64,000 nucleotides of DNA from Pecten maximus. Taxonomy: Eukaryota. Where the stretch lies: the NCBI RefSeq assembly GCF_902652985.1, contig NC_047026.1:21762001-21826000 (forward strand), written 5' to 3'. The notes under the pieces are model-generated. The model had not been told where the DNA came from. It did not search any database and was given only the letters and a program-made list of their open reading frames with translations. A program made the translations under genes and the position numbers. How positions within the stretch are numbered: position 1 is the first letter of the stretch; each line of letters starts with the position of its first letter. This document shows positions 34,901-48,900 of this stretch, piece after piece.

Positions 34901-36281
34901 CTGGATCTCTAGGCTGTCTCGCACCCTCGATGTTTCCAATAATTACATCATACAGTGGATTGTCCATACACCACGCCACGACAGAACCAACGTAATACGG
35001 TGTGTTGATAAAAACAGTAGCAATAGGAACCTCTAACTTAGAACCATCTGCTAGCTTACATGTTTGGGTCTCACCAGTCATCTGCTCTTCGCCAACTAAA
35101 CTCCGCTTGATTACCACTCCAGAACATCCGGTATCTCTTAACACTGACACAGGAGACTCATCAACACGACCATCTACAACCGGCATCTCATCAGACTTAG
35201 GAATCTTCACATAGCAGGATATGTTTACTCCAAAATGCTCGCTACGTCTACCAGTCGTAACTCCAACTTTACCACTACTTGACTTCTTCGGACAATTGTA
35301 AGACATGTGGTCTGGTTTCTTACAAATAAAACAATGTTTACCTCCAGTCTGTCCCTTCTTAAACTCCTTGGCATCAGAATGAGAATTGGAAGATTGCTGG
35401 TTCTTCATGCTAGACGAGGTCTTATCAAACTTCCGGGCTGGTCTTACAAAGTTAGACGCGTTCCCTCTAGCCTCAGCGAATTGGTCAGCTAATGTAGACA
35501 TCTCAACAATACTCTTGGGAATCCTCTCCTTAAGAAAAAGTTTCAACTCATTCCCACACGCCTGTAAGAATTGGTCTCTTACCATCAGGTCTCTCAGGCC
35601 ATCATACGTCTTATCAACGGATGCCATCTCCATCCACCTAACGAGGTCGCTCTCAAGCCGTACCGCGAACTGCGAAAAGGTCTCGCCTGTTTCCGGTCGC
35701 CCACTTCGGAATCTTTTCCTAAAGCTATCCTCGGTCATCTCGAAACGCTTTAACAATGCTCCCTTCAGCACATCATAGTCAAGACTCTGATCAACAGGCA
35801 ATCTAGAGAATACGTCCAGAGCTCTTCCCTTCAACAAAACACTAAGGTTCGAAGCCCATTGTGTGGTCTTGTTCCATCCTTGCGTTGTAGCATACCGCTC
35901 AAACCTTTGAAGGTAGGAATCAATATTATCCTTCCCCTCCTCAAAAGCAGGAAGTTTCGGTCCCCTCGCTGATACAGAAGGTGACTTACCTTGATCCATT
36001 TGTGGTTTCCTCTCCTCCTTCTCTAATAGTTCCATCTTTCTTGCATGATCTCTAGCAGCTCTTTCTTCTTTGTCCATCTCCAAAGCACGTTGCTCCTTCA
36101 ATATACTCAGCTTAATCTGCTCCACTTTTTGCTGTTCGTCCCATTCCTTCTGCTTCTGTTCCCGTTCACTCTGTCTCTCATCTCGCTCTCTATCCTGCTC
36201 ATCTTTGACAAACTTCTGTAAATCTGTGCCTTTGTACCCAAGCTCAGTTCCAATCTCCATAACAACTTTGACCGCCGTCAT
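31991..36281 (-). CDS. Gag-Pol polyprotein (SCAN-like capsid, CCHC, protease, integrase, RT, RNase H) with one frameshift at ~32980
   Basis: CFICKKPDHMSYNC; LRDTGCSG; HHCC (AHD..GHL..CDVC); IDLVGP/TDQG/VERFN; RFCVDYR, LDLSKGYWQ, MPFGL, FIDD; LQTDAS. Likely start MTAVK at 36281. Confidence 0.93.
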
Positions 36282-36636
36282 TTTGTCAATCTCAAAAGTC
36301 AGTACAAAACCTGCACCACAGTATTTGCTTGAAATAATATTTACAAAACACTGCATTGGTACACAACAACAACAACACAATGTACAAAATCCTGCAATAC
36401 ATCTAAAAATGAAAGATGATATATCAGCAAAGTACATAAAGTTTGACTTACCTGGAATCCATGTACAGCCACAGGTCTCCATCTGTTAGTAGCTACTTAA
36501 TGCCTATACTGTACCCCAGGACCTCCCCAGTATCATACTTACCATAAAGCAATATCACACTTTCTCGAAACAACTAACATACCCTCGTATACATAGCTAT
36601 CAACTCGCAAACACATTTCTCTCTCAACAATCGTTT

Positions 36637-36654
36637 ATCCCACCGCTGCCACCA
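36637..36654 (-). promoter_or_regulatory. Primer-binding site complementary to the tRNA-Leu(AAG/TAG) 3' end
   Basis: Minus-strand TGGTGGCAGCGGTGGGAT, 5 nt from the LTR; matches metazoan tRNA-Leu ...ATCCCACCGCTGCCACCA. Confidence 0.88.
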
Positions 36655-36659
36655 AAATT

Positions 36660-37921
36660 TGTAACGTAAACTGAGCGTGATTGCTGATATTTGCACGAGA
36701 AGACAGACTACAATATATACAAGATTTATTTACAATTTGTACAAGCATGTATATTAACATTTATTTATAAACACGCTCATTACACAATCTTACATACAAC
36801 ACACTCTGATACATTCATAAGACACATAAGCATAAATACATAAACATAGACACCCTATTCCCTACAAGTCTCTCAAAGGCCACCACAGTTGAACATCGAG
36901 TCCACACAGTTACGTTGCTAAGCTCCAGGTGAACATGAACAACAAAGTCTCCATCATAGGTTCCTCACAATCCAATCAGTGCCGTCTTATACAGCGGAAC
37001 AAAATCACGCAGTGCTCAATATATATTGTACTGAACATGGTCAGCATCCACAACAGGGAATCAACATTATAGTAGAACAGAATCTCTACGTCTGTAATGA
37101 TTATACCAAGACGTTGAATATCTCAACAACTGTGACGTCATCAATAACAATGTCACATCTCTACCGCGATGTGTATCACCGCTCAGACATACCACGCAGG
37201 TTATGTCGGTCCATCCTTCCAAAACAGGGAAGGTTCACAACAGGCATACAGTTCATAGGACGAGTAGGATCTCGTAATACATAAATCAGTACAGCTATTC
37301 GGCCCTCGGCTCTAGGCCTCCATACCATAGGTGGGTAGTGTTCATGGACTCATCAATTACGGTGTAGGCCCATCAAGCTACAACAATATAGTAATTACAA
37401 TTTACTTAACAGTTATATTTTATGTATTAAACTATTTAAACAATATATATTCCACACTACATATAAGCAAAACCATACTTGTAAACATACTAGATACTCG
37501 CGCTCATTTACCGACGACACACAATACACCGCACGTGCCTCACTAGTACTAGGTCACGCCTAACAATACAGGTAACATTTAGCGACTATAAAACACTATA
37601 AACACACTCAAACTGGCAAATATAACAACAGACAACCTATTGATAACGTTATGGGGTAATATTGGGTTATATTTGATGGAAATACTTACCCCAATCTGTA
37701 GTTTGGGCGTCGAACAGGGCTACGCTCCAAATACCCGCTGCTAGGTATTTTACCTGTCCGCCTGTACTCCCGCTTACCTGTTGCTCATGCGCACACACCC
37801 TGCCGCGGTCTCAACAGTTGAGAAACGGCGCGCAATTTAAAACTCTTAAACCAATACTCAGGACTAAAACAAATACATACAAGCTACAAATACTTACATA
37901 CACCAGATATGGCATGTGACA
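36660..37921 (-). repeat. 5' LTR (1262 bp)
   Basis: Starts TGTAACG and ends TGTGACA on the + strand; adjacent to the PBS. Confidence 0.95.
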
Positions 37922-40900
37922 ACTAGAATGATTGTCTCATTCCTTACTACGTTACTAGAATGATTGCTTCATTCCTTCATACGTTACTAGAATGATTGTC
38001 TCATTCCTTCATACGTTACTAGAATGATTGTCTCATTCCTTACTACGTTACTAGCATGATTGTCTCATTCCTTCATACGTTACTAGAATGATTGTCTCAT
38101 TCCTTACTACGTTACTAGAATGATTGTCTCATTCCTTCATACGTTACTAGAATGATTGTCTCATTCCTTCATACGTTACTAGAATGATTGTCTCATTCCT
38201 TACTACGTTACTAAAATGATTATCTCATTCCTTACTACGTTACTAGAATGATTGTCTCATTCCTTACTACGTTACTAGAATGATTTGTCTCATTCCTTAC
38301 TACGTTACTAGAATGATTGTCTGATTCCTTCATACGTTACTAGAATGATTGTCTCATTCCTTCATACGTTACTAGAATGATTGTCTCATTCCTTACTACG
38401 TTACTAGAATGATTGTCTCATTCCTTCATACGTTACTAGAATGATTGTCTCATTCCTTACTACGTTACTAAAATGATTATCTCATTCCTTACTACGTTAC
38501 TAGAATGATTGTCTCATTCCTTACTACGTTACTAGAATGATTGTCTCATTCCTTACTACGTTACTAGAATGATTGTCTGATTCCTTCATACGTTACTAGA
38601 ATGATTCTCTCATTCCTTCATACGTTACTAGAATGATTGTCTCATTCCTTCACACGTTACCAGAATGATTGTCTCATTCCTTACTACGTTACTAGAATGA
38701 TTGTCTCATTCCTTACTACGTTACTAGAATGATTGTCTCATTCCTTCATACGTTACCAGAATGATTGTCTCATTCCTTACTACGTTACTAGAATGATTGT
38801 ATCATTCCTTCATACGTTACTAGAATGATTGTCTCATTCCTTCATACGTTACTAGAATGATTGTCTCATTCCTTACTACGTTACTAGAATGATTGTCTCA
38901 TTCCTTCATACGTTACTAGAATGATTGTCTCATTCCTTACTACGTTACTAGAATGATTGTCCCATTCCTTCATACATTACTAGAATGATTATCTCATTCC
39001 TTACTACGTTACTAGAATGATTATCTCATTCCTTACTACGTTACTAGAATGATTGTCTCATTCCTTACTACGTTACTAGAATGATTGTCTTATTCCTTAC
39101 TACGTTACTAGAATGATTGTCTCATTCCTTACTACGTTACTAGAATGATTGTCTCATTCCTTCATACGTTACTAGAATGATTGTCTCATTCCTTCATACG
39201 TTACTAGAATGATTGCTTCATTCCTTCATACGTAACTAGAATGATTGTTCCATTCCTTCACACGTTACTAGAATTATTGTTTCATTCCTTCATACGTTAC
39301 TAGAATGATTATTTCATTCCTTCATACGTTACTAGAATGATTGTCTCATTCCTTCATACGTTACTAGAATGATTGTCTCATTCCTTACTACGTTACTAGA
39401 ATGATTGTCTCATTCCTTACTACGTTACTAGAATGATTGTCTCATTCCTTACTACGTTACTAGAATGATTGTCCCATTACTTCATACGTTACTAGAATTA
39501 TTGTTTCATTCCTTCATACGTTACTAGAATGATTATCTCATTCCTTCATACGTTACCAGAATGATTGTCTCATTCCTTACTACGTTACTAGAATGATTGT
39601 CTCATTCCTTCATACGTTACTAGAATGATTGTCCCATTCCTTCATACGTTACTAGAATGATTGTTTCATTCCTTCATACGTTACTAAAATGATTGTCTCA
39701 TTCCTTACTACGTTACTAGAATGATTGTCTCATTCCTTACTACGTTACTAGAATGATTGTCTCATTCCTTCATACGTTACTAGAATGATTGTCTCATTCC
39801 TTCATACGTTACTAGAATGATTGTCCCATTCCTTCATACGTTACTAGAATGATTGTCTCATTCCTTCATACGTTACTAGAATGATTGTCTCATTCCTTAC
39901 TACGTTACTAGAATGATTGTCTCATTCCTTCATACGTTACTAGAATGATTGTCTCATTCCTTCATACGTTACTAGAATGATTGTCTCATTCCTTCATACG
40001 TTACTAGAATGATTGTCTCATTCCTTACTACGTTACTAGAATGATTGTCTCATTCCTTACTACGTTACTAGAATGATTGTCTCATTCCTTCATACGTTAC
40101 TAGAGATTGTCTCATTCCTTACTACGTTACTAGAATGATTGTCCCATTCCTTACTACGTTACTAGAATGATTGTCTCATTCCTTACTACGTTACTAGAAT
40201 GATTGTCTCATTCCTTCATACCTTACTAGAATGATTGTCCCATTCCTTACTACGTTACTAGAATGATTGTCTTATTCCTTACTACGTTACTAGAATGATT
40301 GTCTCATTCCTTCATACGTTACTAGAATGATTGTCCCATTCCTTACTACGTTACTAGAATGATTGTCTCATTCCTTACTACGTTACTAGAATGATTGTTT
40401 CATTCCTTACTACGTTACTAGAATGATTGTCTCATTCCTTCATACGTTACTAGAATGATCGTCTCATTCCTTCATACGTTACTAGAATGATTGTTTCATT
40501 CCTTCATACGTTACTAGAATGATTGTCTCATTCCTTCATACGTTACTAGAATGATTGTTTCATTCCTTACTACGTTACTAGAATGATTGTCTTATTCCTT
40601 ACTACGTTACTAGAATGATTGTCTTATTCCTTCATACGTTACTAGAATGATTGTCTTATTCCTTACTACGTTACTAGAATGATTGTCTCATTCCTTCATA
40701 CGTTACTAGAATGATTATCTGATTCCTTCATACGTTACTAGAATGATTGTCCCATTCCTTACTACGTTACTAGAATGATTGTCTCATTCCTTCATACGTT
40801 ACCAGAATGATTGTTTCATTCCTTCATACGTTACTAGTATGATTGTCTCATTCCTTCATACGTTACCAGAATAATTGTCTCATTCCTTACTACGTTACTA

Positions 40901-43900
40901 GAATGATTGTCTCATTCCTTCATACGTTACTAGAATGATTGTCTCATTCCTTACTGCGTTACTAGAATGATTGTCTCATTCCTTACTACGTTACTAGAAT
41001 GATTGTCTCATTCCTTACTACGTTACTAGAATGATTGTCTCATTCCTTACTACGTTACTAAAATGATTGTCTCATTCCTTCCTACGTTACTAGAATGATT
41101 GTCTCATTCCTTCATACGTTACTAGAATGATTGTCTCATTCCTTACTGCGTTACTAGAATGATTGTCTCATTCCTTACTACGTTACTAGAATGATTGTCT
41201 CATTCCTTACTACGTTACTAAAATGATTGTCTCATTCCTTCATACGTTACTAGAATGATTGTTTCATTCCTTACTACGTTACTAGAATGATTGTTTCATT
41301 CCTTACTACGTTACTAGAATGATTGTCTCATTCCTTACTACGTTACTAGAATGATTGTCTCATTCCTTACTACGTTACTAGAATGATTATTTCATTCCTT
41401 CATACGTTACTAGAATGATTGTCTCATTCCTTACTACGTTACTAGAATGATTGTCTCATTCCTTACTACGTTACTAGAATGATTATCTCATTCCTTACTA
41501 CGTTACTAGAATGATTATCTCACTCCTTACTACGTTACTAGAATGATTGTCTCATTCCTTACTACGTTACTAGAATGATTGTCTCATTCCTTACTACGTT
41601 ACTAGAATGATTGTCTCATTCCTTCATACGTTACTAGAATGATTGTCTCATTCCTTACTACGTTACTAGAATAATTGTCTCATTCCTTACTACGTTACTA
41701 GAATGATTGTCTCATTCCTTACTACGTTACTAGAATGATTGTCTCATTCCTTCATACGTTACTAGAATGATTGTCTCATTCCTTCATACGTTACTAGAAT
41801 GATTGTCTCATTCCTTCATACGTTACTAGAATGATTGTCTCATTCCTTCATACGTTACCAGAATGATTGTCTCATTCCTTACTACGTTACTAGAATGATT
41901 GTCTCATTCCTTCATACGTTACTAGAATGATTGTCTCATTCCTTACTACGTTACTAGAATGATTGTCTCATTCCTTACTACGTTACTAGAATGATTGTCT
42001 CATTCCTTACTACGTTACTAGAATGATTGTCTCATTCCTTCATACGTTACTAGAATGATTGTCTCATTCCTTCATACGTTACTAGAATGATTGCTTCATT
42101 CCTTCATACGTTACTAGAATGATTGTTCTATTCCTTCACACGTTAGTAGAATTATTGTTTCATTCCTTCATATGTTACTAGAATGATTATCTCATTCCTT
42201 CATACGTTACTAGAATGATTGTCTCATTCCTTCATACGTTACTAGAATGATTGTCTCATTCCTTACTACGTTACTAGAATGATTGTCTCATTCCTTACTA
42301 CGTTACTAGAATGATTGTCCCATTCCTTCATACATTACTAGAATGATTATCTCATTCCTTACTACGTTACTAGAATGATTATCTCATTCCTTACTACGTT
42401 ACTAGAATGATTGTCTCATTCCTTACTACGTTACTAGAATGATTGTCTCATTCCTTACTACGTTACTAGAATGATTGTGTCATTCCTTCATACGTTACTA
42501 GAATGATTGTCTCATTCCTTACTACGTTACTAGAATAATTGTCTCATTCCTTACTACGTTACTAGAATGATTGTCTCATTCCTTACTACGTTACTAGAAT
42601 GATTGTCTCATTCCTTCATACGTTACTAGAATGATTGTCTCATTCCTTCATACGTTACTAGAATGATTGTCTCATTCCTTCATACGTTACTAGAATGATT
42701 GTCTCATTCCTTCATACGTTACCAGAATGATTGTCTCATTCCTTCATACGTTACTAGAATGATTGTCTCATTCCTTCATACGTTACTAGAATGATTGTAT
42801 CATTCCTTCATACGTTACTAGAATGATTGTCTCATTCCTTCATACGTTACTAGAATGATTGTCTCATTCCTTACTACGTTACTAGAATGATTGTCTCATT
42901 CCTTCATACGTTACTAGAATGATTGTCTCATTCCTTCATACGTTACTAGAATGATTGCTTCATTCCTTCATACGTTACTAGAATGATTGTTCCATTCCTT
43001 CACACGTTACTAGAATTATTGTTTCATTCCTTCATATGTTACTAGAATGATTATCTCATTCCTTCATACGTTACTAGAATGATTGTCTCATTCCTTCATA
43101 CGTTACTAGAATGATTGTCTCATTCCTTACTACGTTACTAGAATGATTGTCTCATTCCTTACTACGTTACTAGAATGATTGTCCCATTCCTTCATACATT
43201 ACTAGAATGATTGTATCATTCCTTACTACGTTACTAGAATGATTGTTTCATTCCTTCATACGTTACTAGAATGATTGTTTCATTCCTTACTACGTTACTA
43301 GAATGATTGTCCCATTCCTTCATACGTTACTAGAATGATTGTCTCATTCCTTCATACGTTACTAGAATGATTGTCCCATTCCTTCATACGTTACTAGAAT
43401 TATTGTTTCATTCCTTCATACGTTACTAGAATGATTGTCTCATTCCTTCATACGTTACTAGAATGATTGTCTCATTCCTTCATACATTACTAGAATGATT
43501 GTATCATTCCTTACTACGTTACTAGAATGATTGTTTCATTCCTTCATACGTTACTAGAATGATTGTCTCATTCCTTCATACATTACTAGAATGATTGTCT
43601 CATTCCTTACTACGTTACTAGAATGATTGTCCCATTCCTTCATACGTTACTAGAATTATTGTTTCATTCCTTCATACGTTACTAGAATGATTGTCTCATT
43701 CCTTCATACGTTACTAGAATGATTGTCTCATTCCTTCATACATTACTAGAATGATTGTATCATTCCTTACTACGTTACTAGAATGATTGTTTCATTCCTT
43801 CATACGTTACTAGAATGATTGTCTCATTCCTTCATACATTACTAGAATGATTGTCTCATTCCTTACTACGTTACTAGAATGATTGTCTTATTCCTTACTA

Positions 43901-44258
43901 CGTTACTAGAATGATTGTCTCATTCCTTACTACGTTACTAGAATGATTGTCTCATTCCTTACTACGTTACTAGAATGATTGTCTCATTCCTTACTACGTT
44001 ACTAGAATGATTGTCTCATTCCTTCATACGTTACTCGAATGATTGTCTCATTCCTTCATACATTACTAGGATGATTGTTTCATTCCTTCATACGATACTA
44101 TAATGATTGTCTCATTCCTTACTACGTTACTAGAATGATTGTCTCATTCCTTCATACATTACTAGAATGATTGTCTCATTCCTTCATACGTTACTAGAAT
44201 GATTGTTTCATTCCTTCATACGTTACTAGAATGATTGTCTCATTCCTTCATACGTTAC
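37922..44258. repeat. 32-bp satellite, block 2 (~198 units)
   Basis: Same unit as block 1; resumes in phase after the LTR. Confidence 0.97.
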
Positions 44259-44543
44259 AAACGCTACCCCGAAACTTGCAATAGACTGTGTTATATTTGA
44301 CCAACGTCTCATTGCCAGTTAGTGCTGTATTTGTAAAGCAACATTTGAACTGAATTCTTTACGTGTAATATATGTGTTTATTATAATTTCATAAGCACAT
44401 TCATCTACAGCTTCGTATCGCGTTGTAATGATCATTTCAAATGACTGTAATTGTGGTACACGCGGAACAAACAGTAACGCATAAAACAGGAACAGACTAA
44501 TGTGCACTACAAGCATTGAATTACCAGCAAACGCCTTCTCAAT

Positions 44544-45998
44544 ATGTCTTCAGACAGTCCATCACGAGAATCTGATGAAAACGGTGACTTTATCGAAGAA
44601 GAGATTAGCATGACGTCATCACAAATAGACAAAGGCGTTTTCGTTCTTCTAAATGAAATCGCGGGAGGACTTGATAGAAACGCATTTAAAGAAAAAGTTA
44701 AATCAATATACAAAAGCAAGTCCGAAGACCTAGCATGTATACGACAATCGCTGTACGATATCGCCATAGTCAATCGACCCGAGACACCTCGTGGTGAACT
44801 TGTTAGAAGAAGAAACGTGGGAAATACTACAGCAATTGATAAATTTGTGGATGATATTTATATACTATTTCACTATATTGACGGCAATATGGGTTTGTCC
44901 GATATACGTAATGTCATGTCTTACAAGGACCGGTCTCTTTCCACATGTGACACGACGCTTACGAACAACGGCAACGATGCAATTAATGAGTCCTTTAATG
45001 AGACAGCCCCCAAAGAAATTGGCTGTAACCCTAGAGATAATAATACACGGGCAGTGTTCAGCAAAATGGAAAAAGGGAGAGAACAGACGAAAGGAAGTGA
45101 ACTGGAAGGTGTAAACGCAGATTTATTGATATTAATTGTTGGAATGCGAGAAGAAATATTAGGTCAATTGAATGTCATTACAAAGGAGTACACGGAAGAA
45201 ATTCGCGAACTACGGTTAGAAGTGAAAGATCTTCGCGAAAGTGTATCAGCAAAGGACAAAACAATCAAAGCTCTGGAAACACGATTAGAACACATGAAGC
45301 AAAACGTCGTTAACACACCTGCCGTTGTACAGTCAGTTCCAACTACAACTGTATCATATGCAGATGTCACGCGCGTACCTCGGTCACTAGACACACCACG
45401 ACAGAATAGCAGTGGACAACAGTGCAATAGAGCTGGGGATATTACGCCAAATGGAAATGGACTCAGTGATCAAACCAAATCTCCTAAATACAATGATTCT
45501 GATCATTCGGCGAATACTGACGAGGATTATGAAGATGGGTATGTGTGTGCAGGAAACGCCGCAACTGGTGTCTTGTCAGTTACCGTTAGAGACTCTACAC
45601 CAAGAGGAACTCGTAAAGACTCGCGACATGTGTCTTTTCATGGATATAATACGCAACAACAACTTGGAATTGAAAGAAAACAATCGCAATATGAATTTCG
45701 TGGTGTGAAACGTAAACCTAGAATAAAAAGAATGATCATGTCGCGAATTACAGCAGATGCACCAGAGGAGGATGTAATCAATTCGGTTGTTTCCTACGCG
45801 GCAAACAGAGGTGTCAAAGTAACATTCATGCGTATTCTGAAATATTGGAACGACATAGAACACCCCACGTACACGGCGAAACTGAATATTCTTGAACAAG
45901 ACTACGCGTCAGCGACAGATCCCAACTTTTGGCCTGAAAATGTACTTATCCGTGAGTGGGAAGATCGTAAGAATAGATTCGAACAACAAAAATATTGA
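44544..45998 (+). CDS. LINE ORF1p, 484 aa (coiled coil plus C-terminal RRM-like domain)
   Basis: Heptad region EIRELRLEVKDLRESVSAKDKTIKALETRLE; VSYADV; terminal FWPENVLIREW motif typical of LINE ORF1. Confidence 0.85.
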   Translation: MSSDSPSRESDENGDFIEEEISMTSSQIDKGVFVLLNEIAGGLDRNAFKEKVKSIYKSKSEDLACIRQSLYDIAIVNRPETPRGELVRRRNVGNTTAIDKFVDDIYILFHYIDGNMGLSDIRNVMSYKDRSLSTCDTTLTNNGNDAINESFNETAPKEIGCNPRDNNTRAVFSKMEKGREQTKGSELEGVNADLLILIVGMREEILGQLNVITKEYTEEIRELRLEVKDLRESVSAKDKTIKALETRLEHMKQNVVNTPAVVQSVPTTTVSYADVTRVPRSLDTPRQNSSGQQCNRAGDITPNGNGLSDQTKSPKYNDSDHSANTDEDYEDGYVCAGNAATGVLSVTVRDSTPRGTRKDSRHVSFHGYNTQQQLGIERKQSQYEFRGVKRKPRIKRMIMSRITADAPEEDVINSVVSYAANRGVKVTFMRILKYWNDIEHPTYTAKLNILEQDYASATDPNFWPENVLIREWEDRKNRFEQQKY

Positions 45999-48900
45999 TG
46001 GATGTAAATACAGGATACGTACAACTGCTATATTCGCTATGTTCCTTTTTGCTTGTGAAGCTACTTACATGGAATACAAGAGGTGTGATGTATGGGACAC
46101 CTCTCTTGTCCGAAATTCTTCGAAATGTAGACATAGCCGTTGTTACCGAACATTGGTTGCCTCCTGAGCAATTAAATTTCTTGGAAAGTATTGACAGTAA
46201 CTTCAGGTCGTTTGGAAGATCTGATAATCGCATACCAATTGATATTGAACAAAGGTCGCATTTTCGTGGTTGTGGAGGTATAGCAGTTCTGTGGAGGAAT
46301 CATCTAAAAGTAACGCCACTTCTTAGTGAAGGTAGTGATCGCGTGATAGTAGTAGCTGTACAGCTACACGATAAATCATTCCTGTATGTCATTGGAGCCC
46401 TTTTACCTTCTACGAACCGCCCATTGTATGAATATCAGGAAGCTCTTGAATGCGTGTCTGATTTGTTTGATCGTTATAGTGAACAAGGGCAAATTATCAT
46501 ACTTGGAGATTTGAACGCGCATATTTCAAAGAAATTCGGCGAAAAAAATCATGAGCGTGCCAATGAAAGGGGATTAATACTTGAAAACTTCATCCATGAG
46601 AAACAACTTTTATCTGCGAACTCACAAGACTGGTCTTTAGGATGTGACTTTACGTTTGTATCATACGACGGGGAACACCATTCTCTTATTGACCATATTT
46701 TGGTTGAAAGCAGTAAGTGTGACTTGGTGGCATCTTGTGAAACACATGATGATCACTTCCTCAACGTATCCGACCACCTACCTGTTACCATTGATTATGA
46801 AGCGGAATTATGTGTTACTAGAACGCATACAAACGCCCCTCGGACAGTTAACTGGAAAAAGGCTACATTTGAAGAGAAAACTAAATATGTGTCACAGTTA
46901 GACGAGAGATTGAGCCATCTGCTAAATCTTCGTGATTCCAGTATCAATTTTGATCAGCTGGAAAGCATTGTTAAGTATATTGTAGCTACGATACGGGAGG
47001 CTGCTAACGCAAACCTACCAATAAAGAGATACCGCCCATTTCTTAAACCTTATTGGAATTACGGGCATGTTAAGGAATTACATAATGCTATGCGGCAACG
47101 TCGTGAAAATTGGTTGAAAGAAGGACGTCCAAGAGGACATAACTATGAATCGTACAAAGTATATAAAGAGTCAAAGCGCGAATTTAGAAAATCATTGGAC
47201 GAAGCGCGGAAAACATATGAGGAAAAACAGATGGAGGAACTACAAGAGGCAGCCGAAATAGATATTGGAACATTCTACAAGGCGGTCAGGAAAAAGAAAT
47301 GCCACAAATTTGCGTCAAATGAACTGCGTATCGAAAATGAGATCAGTCGCGATTCGGATACTAACAGGAAAGCATGGGCTGAACACTATAAAAACCTGGC
47401 GAAACCGGGTACGCAACCACATTTTGATGCTGATTTCAAAGAGGAAGTACAGCGTAACATCGGACAAATGTACATGAACAGTTTTAATAACCAGAACACT
47501 ATATGCAAGAAAAACATTCGGTTTGATGAATTAACAAAAGCAATTGGCGATATGAAAAATGGGAAAGCAGGTGGTCATGATAGCATTATTGTGGAACATA
47601 TTCGTTATGGAGGAACTGTGCTGAAGAAAGTCCTAGTCATTTTGTTTAACATTATTATTGATCTGGAGGATTATCCTAAACACTTCAAGAAGGGAATCGT
47701 CATTACACTATTCAAAGGTGGAAAGAAAGATCGTCTGGACATGCACAATTACAGAGACATTACGTTGACTCCTGTACTGCAAAAAATATTTGAAAAAATC
47801 ATGTATCAGCGAATTTCAAAATACTGTTTAAAAGTTGGATTCCCACACAAGCTACAACAGGGATTTAGACCTCAATGTGGCAGTATCACCGCTGCATTCA
47901 CTGCAAAAGAATCAATCTGCCATTTTTTGGAGCGCAATTCAAAAGTTTTCGCCGCGTTTCTGGACAACGCAAAAGCATTCAACAGTGTTTGGATAAATGG
48001 ATTACTCGTGAAGGTATATCGATTAGGCATAAACGGTAAATTCTGGCGGATTCTGCATAATTCGTTTGCTGATGTGACTGCGTGCGTTCTTTACGACGGG
48101 GAAACGAGCGATGCGTACCCTATAGAGCAAGGGGTCGGTCAAGGACGCACGCTCTCTGCTTGGCTCTTCCTGGCTATGATTGACGATTTGGCGGTTAGAT
48201 TGGAAGATTCAGGCCTTGGGTTACATGTGCAAAGTGTCCATATTCCGTGTGTCTTCCTAGCAGATGACACATTACTTCTAGCTGCGTCGATAAGAAGTCT
48301 GCAGATGCAACTAGACATTGTTCATGACTATGCAAAGCTATGGAGACTCAATTATAATTCAACAAAGTCGTCACTTATGCAGTTTTCAAACCGGAAACGA
48401 CCGCAAAGTGAGCCTACGACATCGTGTTCCTTAGGAAATACCGCAATTGGATGGGTAACGTCAAAAGTGTACGCAGGAATAACTTTATGCCATAACCTTA
48501 AACCCGATTTGCAAATCGCGAGTTCGTGCAAGAAAGGTCGTAAAGCTGTTAATAGTCTTATTAGTGTCGGTATACATCAAAACGGAATGAATCCTTTAAA
48601 AAGTGTACGGATCATCAAATCAGTTGTCCTTCCAACTATATTGTATGGATGTGAGCTATGGGCAGATCCAACTAAATCATCTAGCAAAGAGCTCGAGCGA
48701 ACACAGAGGTATGCAGCTAGAAGGTGTCAGGGTTTCGAAAAAACTTCATCTTCTGCAATAACAACAAGAGCGCTTGGACTTCCCGATGTTTGGTGCGAAG
48801 TCGAGAAACGAAAATTATTCTTTTGGAATAAGGTGTGCAATGCTAGCACTGATTTCGTTTGGAAAACTTTATTCCTTATCCGGGTGAGTAACTTTATATT

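Larger units (their letters stand above)
30622..37921 (-). mobile_element. Full-length Gypsy/Ty3 LTR retrotransposon, Gmr1-type (PR-IN-RT-RH), 7300 bp, 5-bp TSD ACTAG
   Basis: TG...CA LTRs, TSD at 30617-30621 and 37922-37926, PBS and PPT present, gag-pol ORF. Confidence 0.96.

Noticed and set aside
36282-36482. Cys-rich 67-aa N-terminal extension of Gag
   Set aside because: Derived from TG-rich leader sequence containing splice signals; Gag-like sequence begins at MTAVK (36281).
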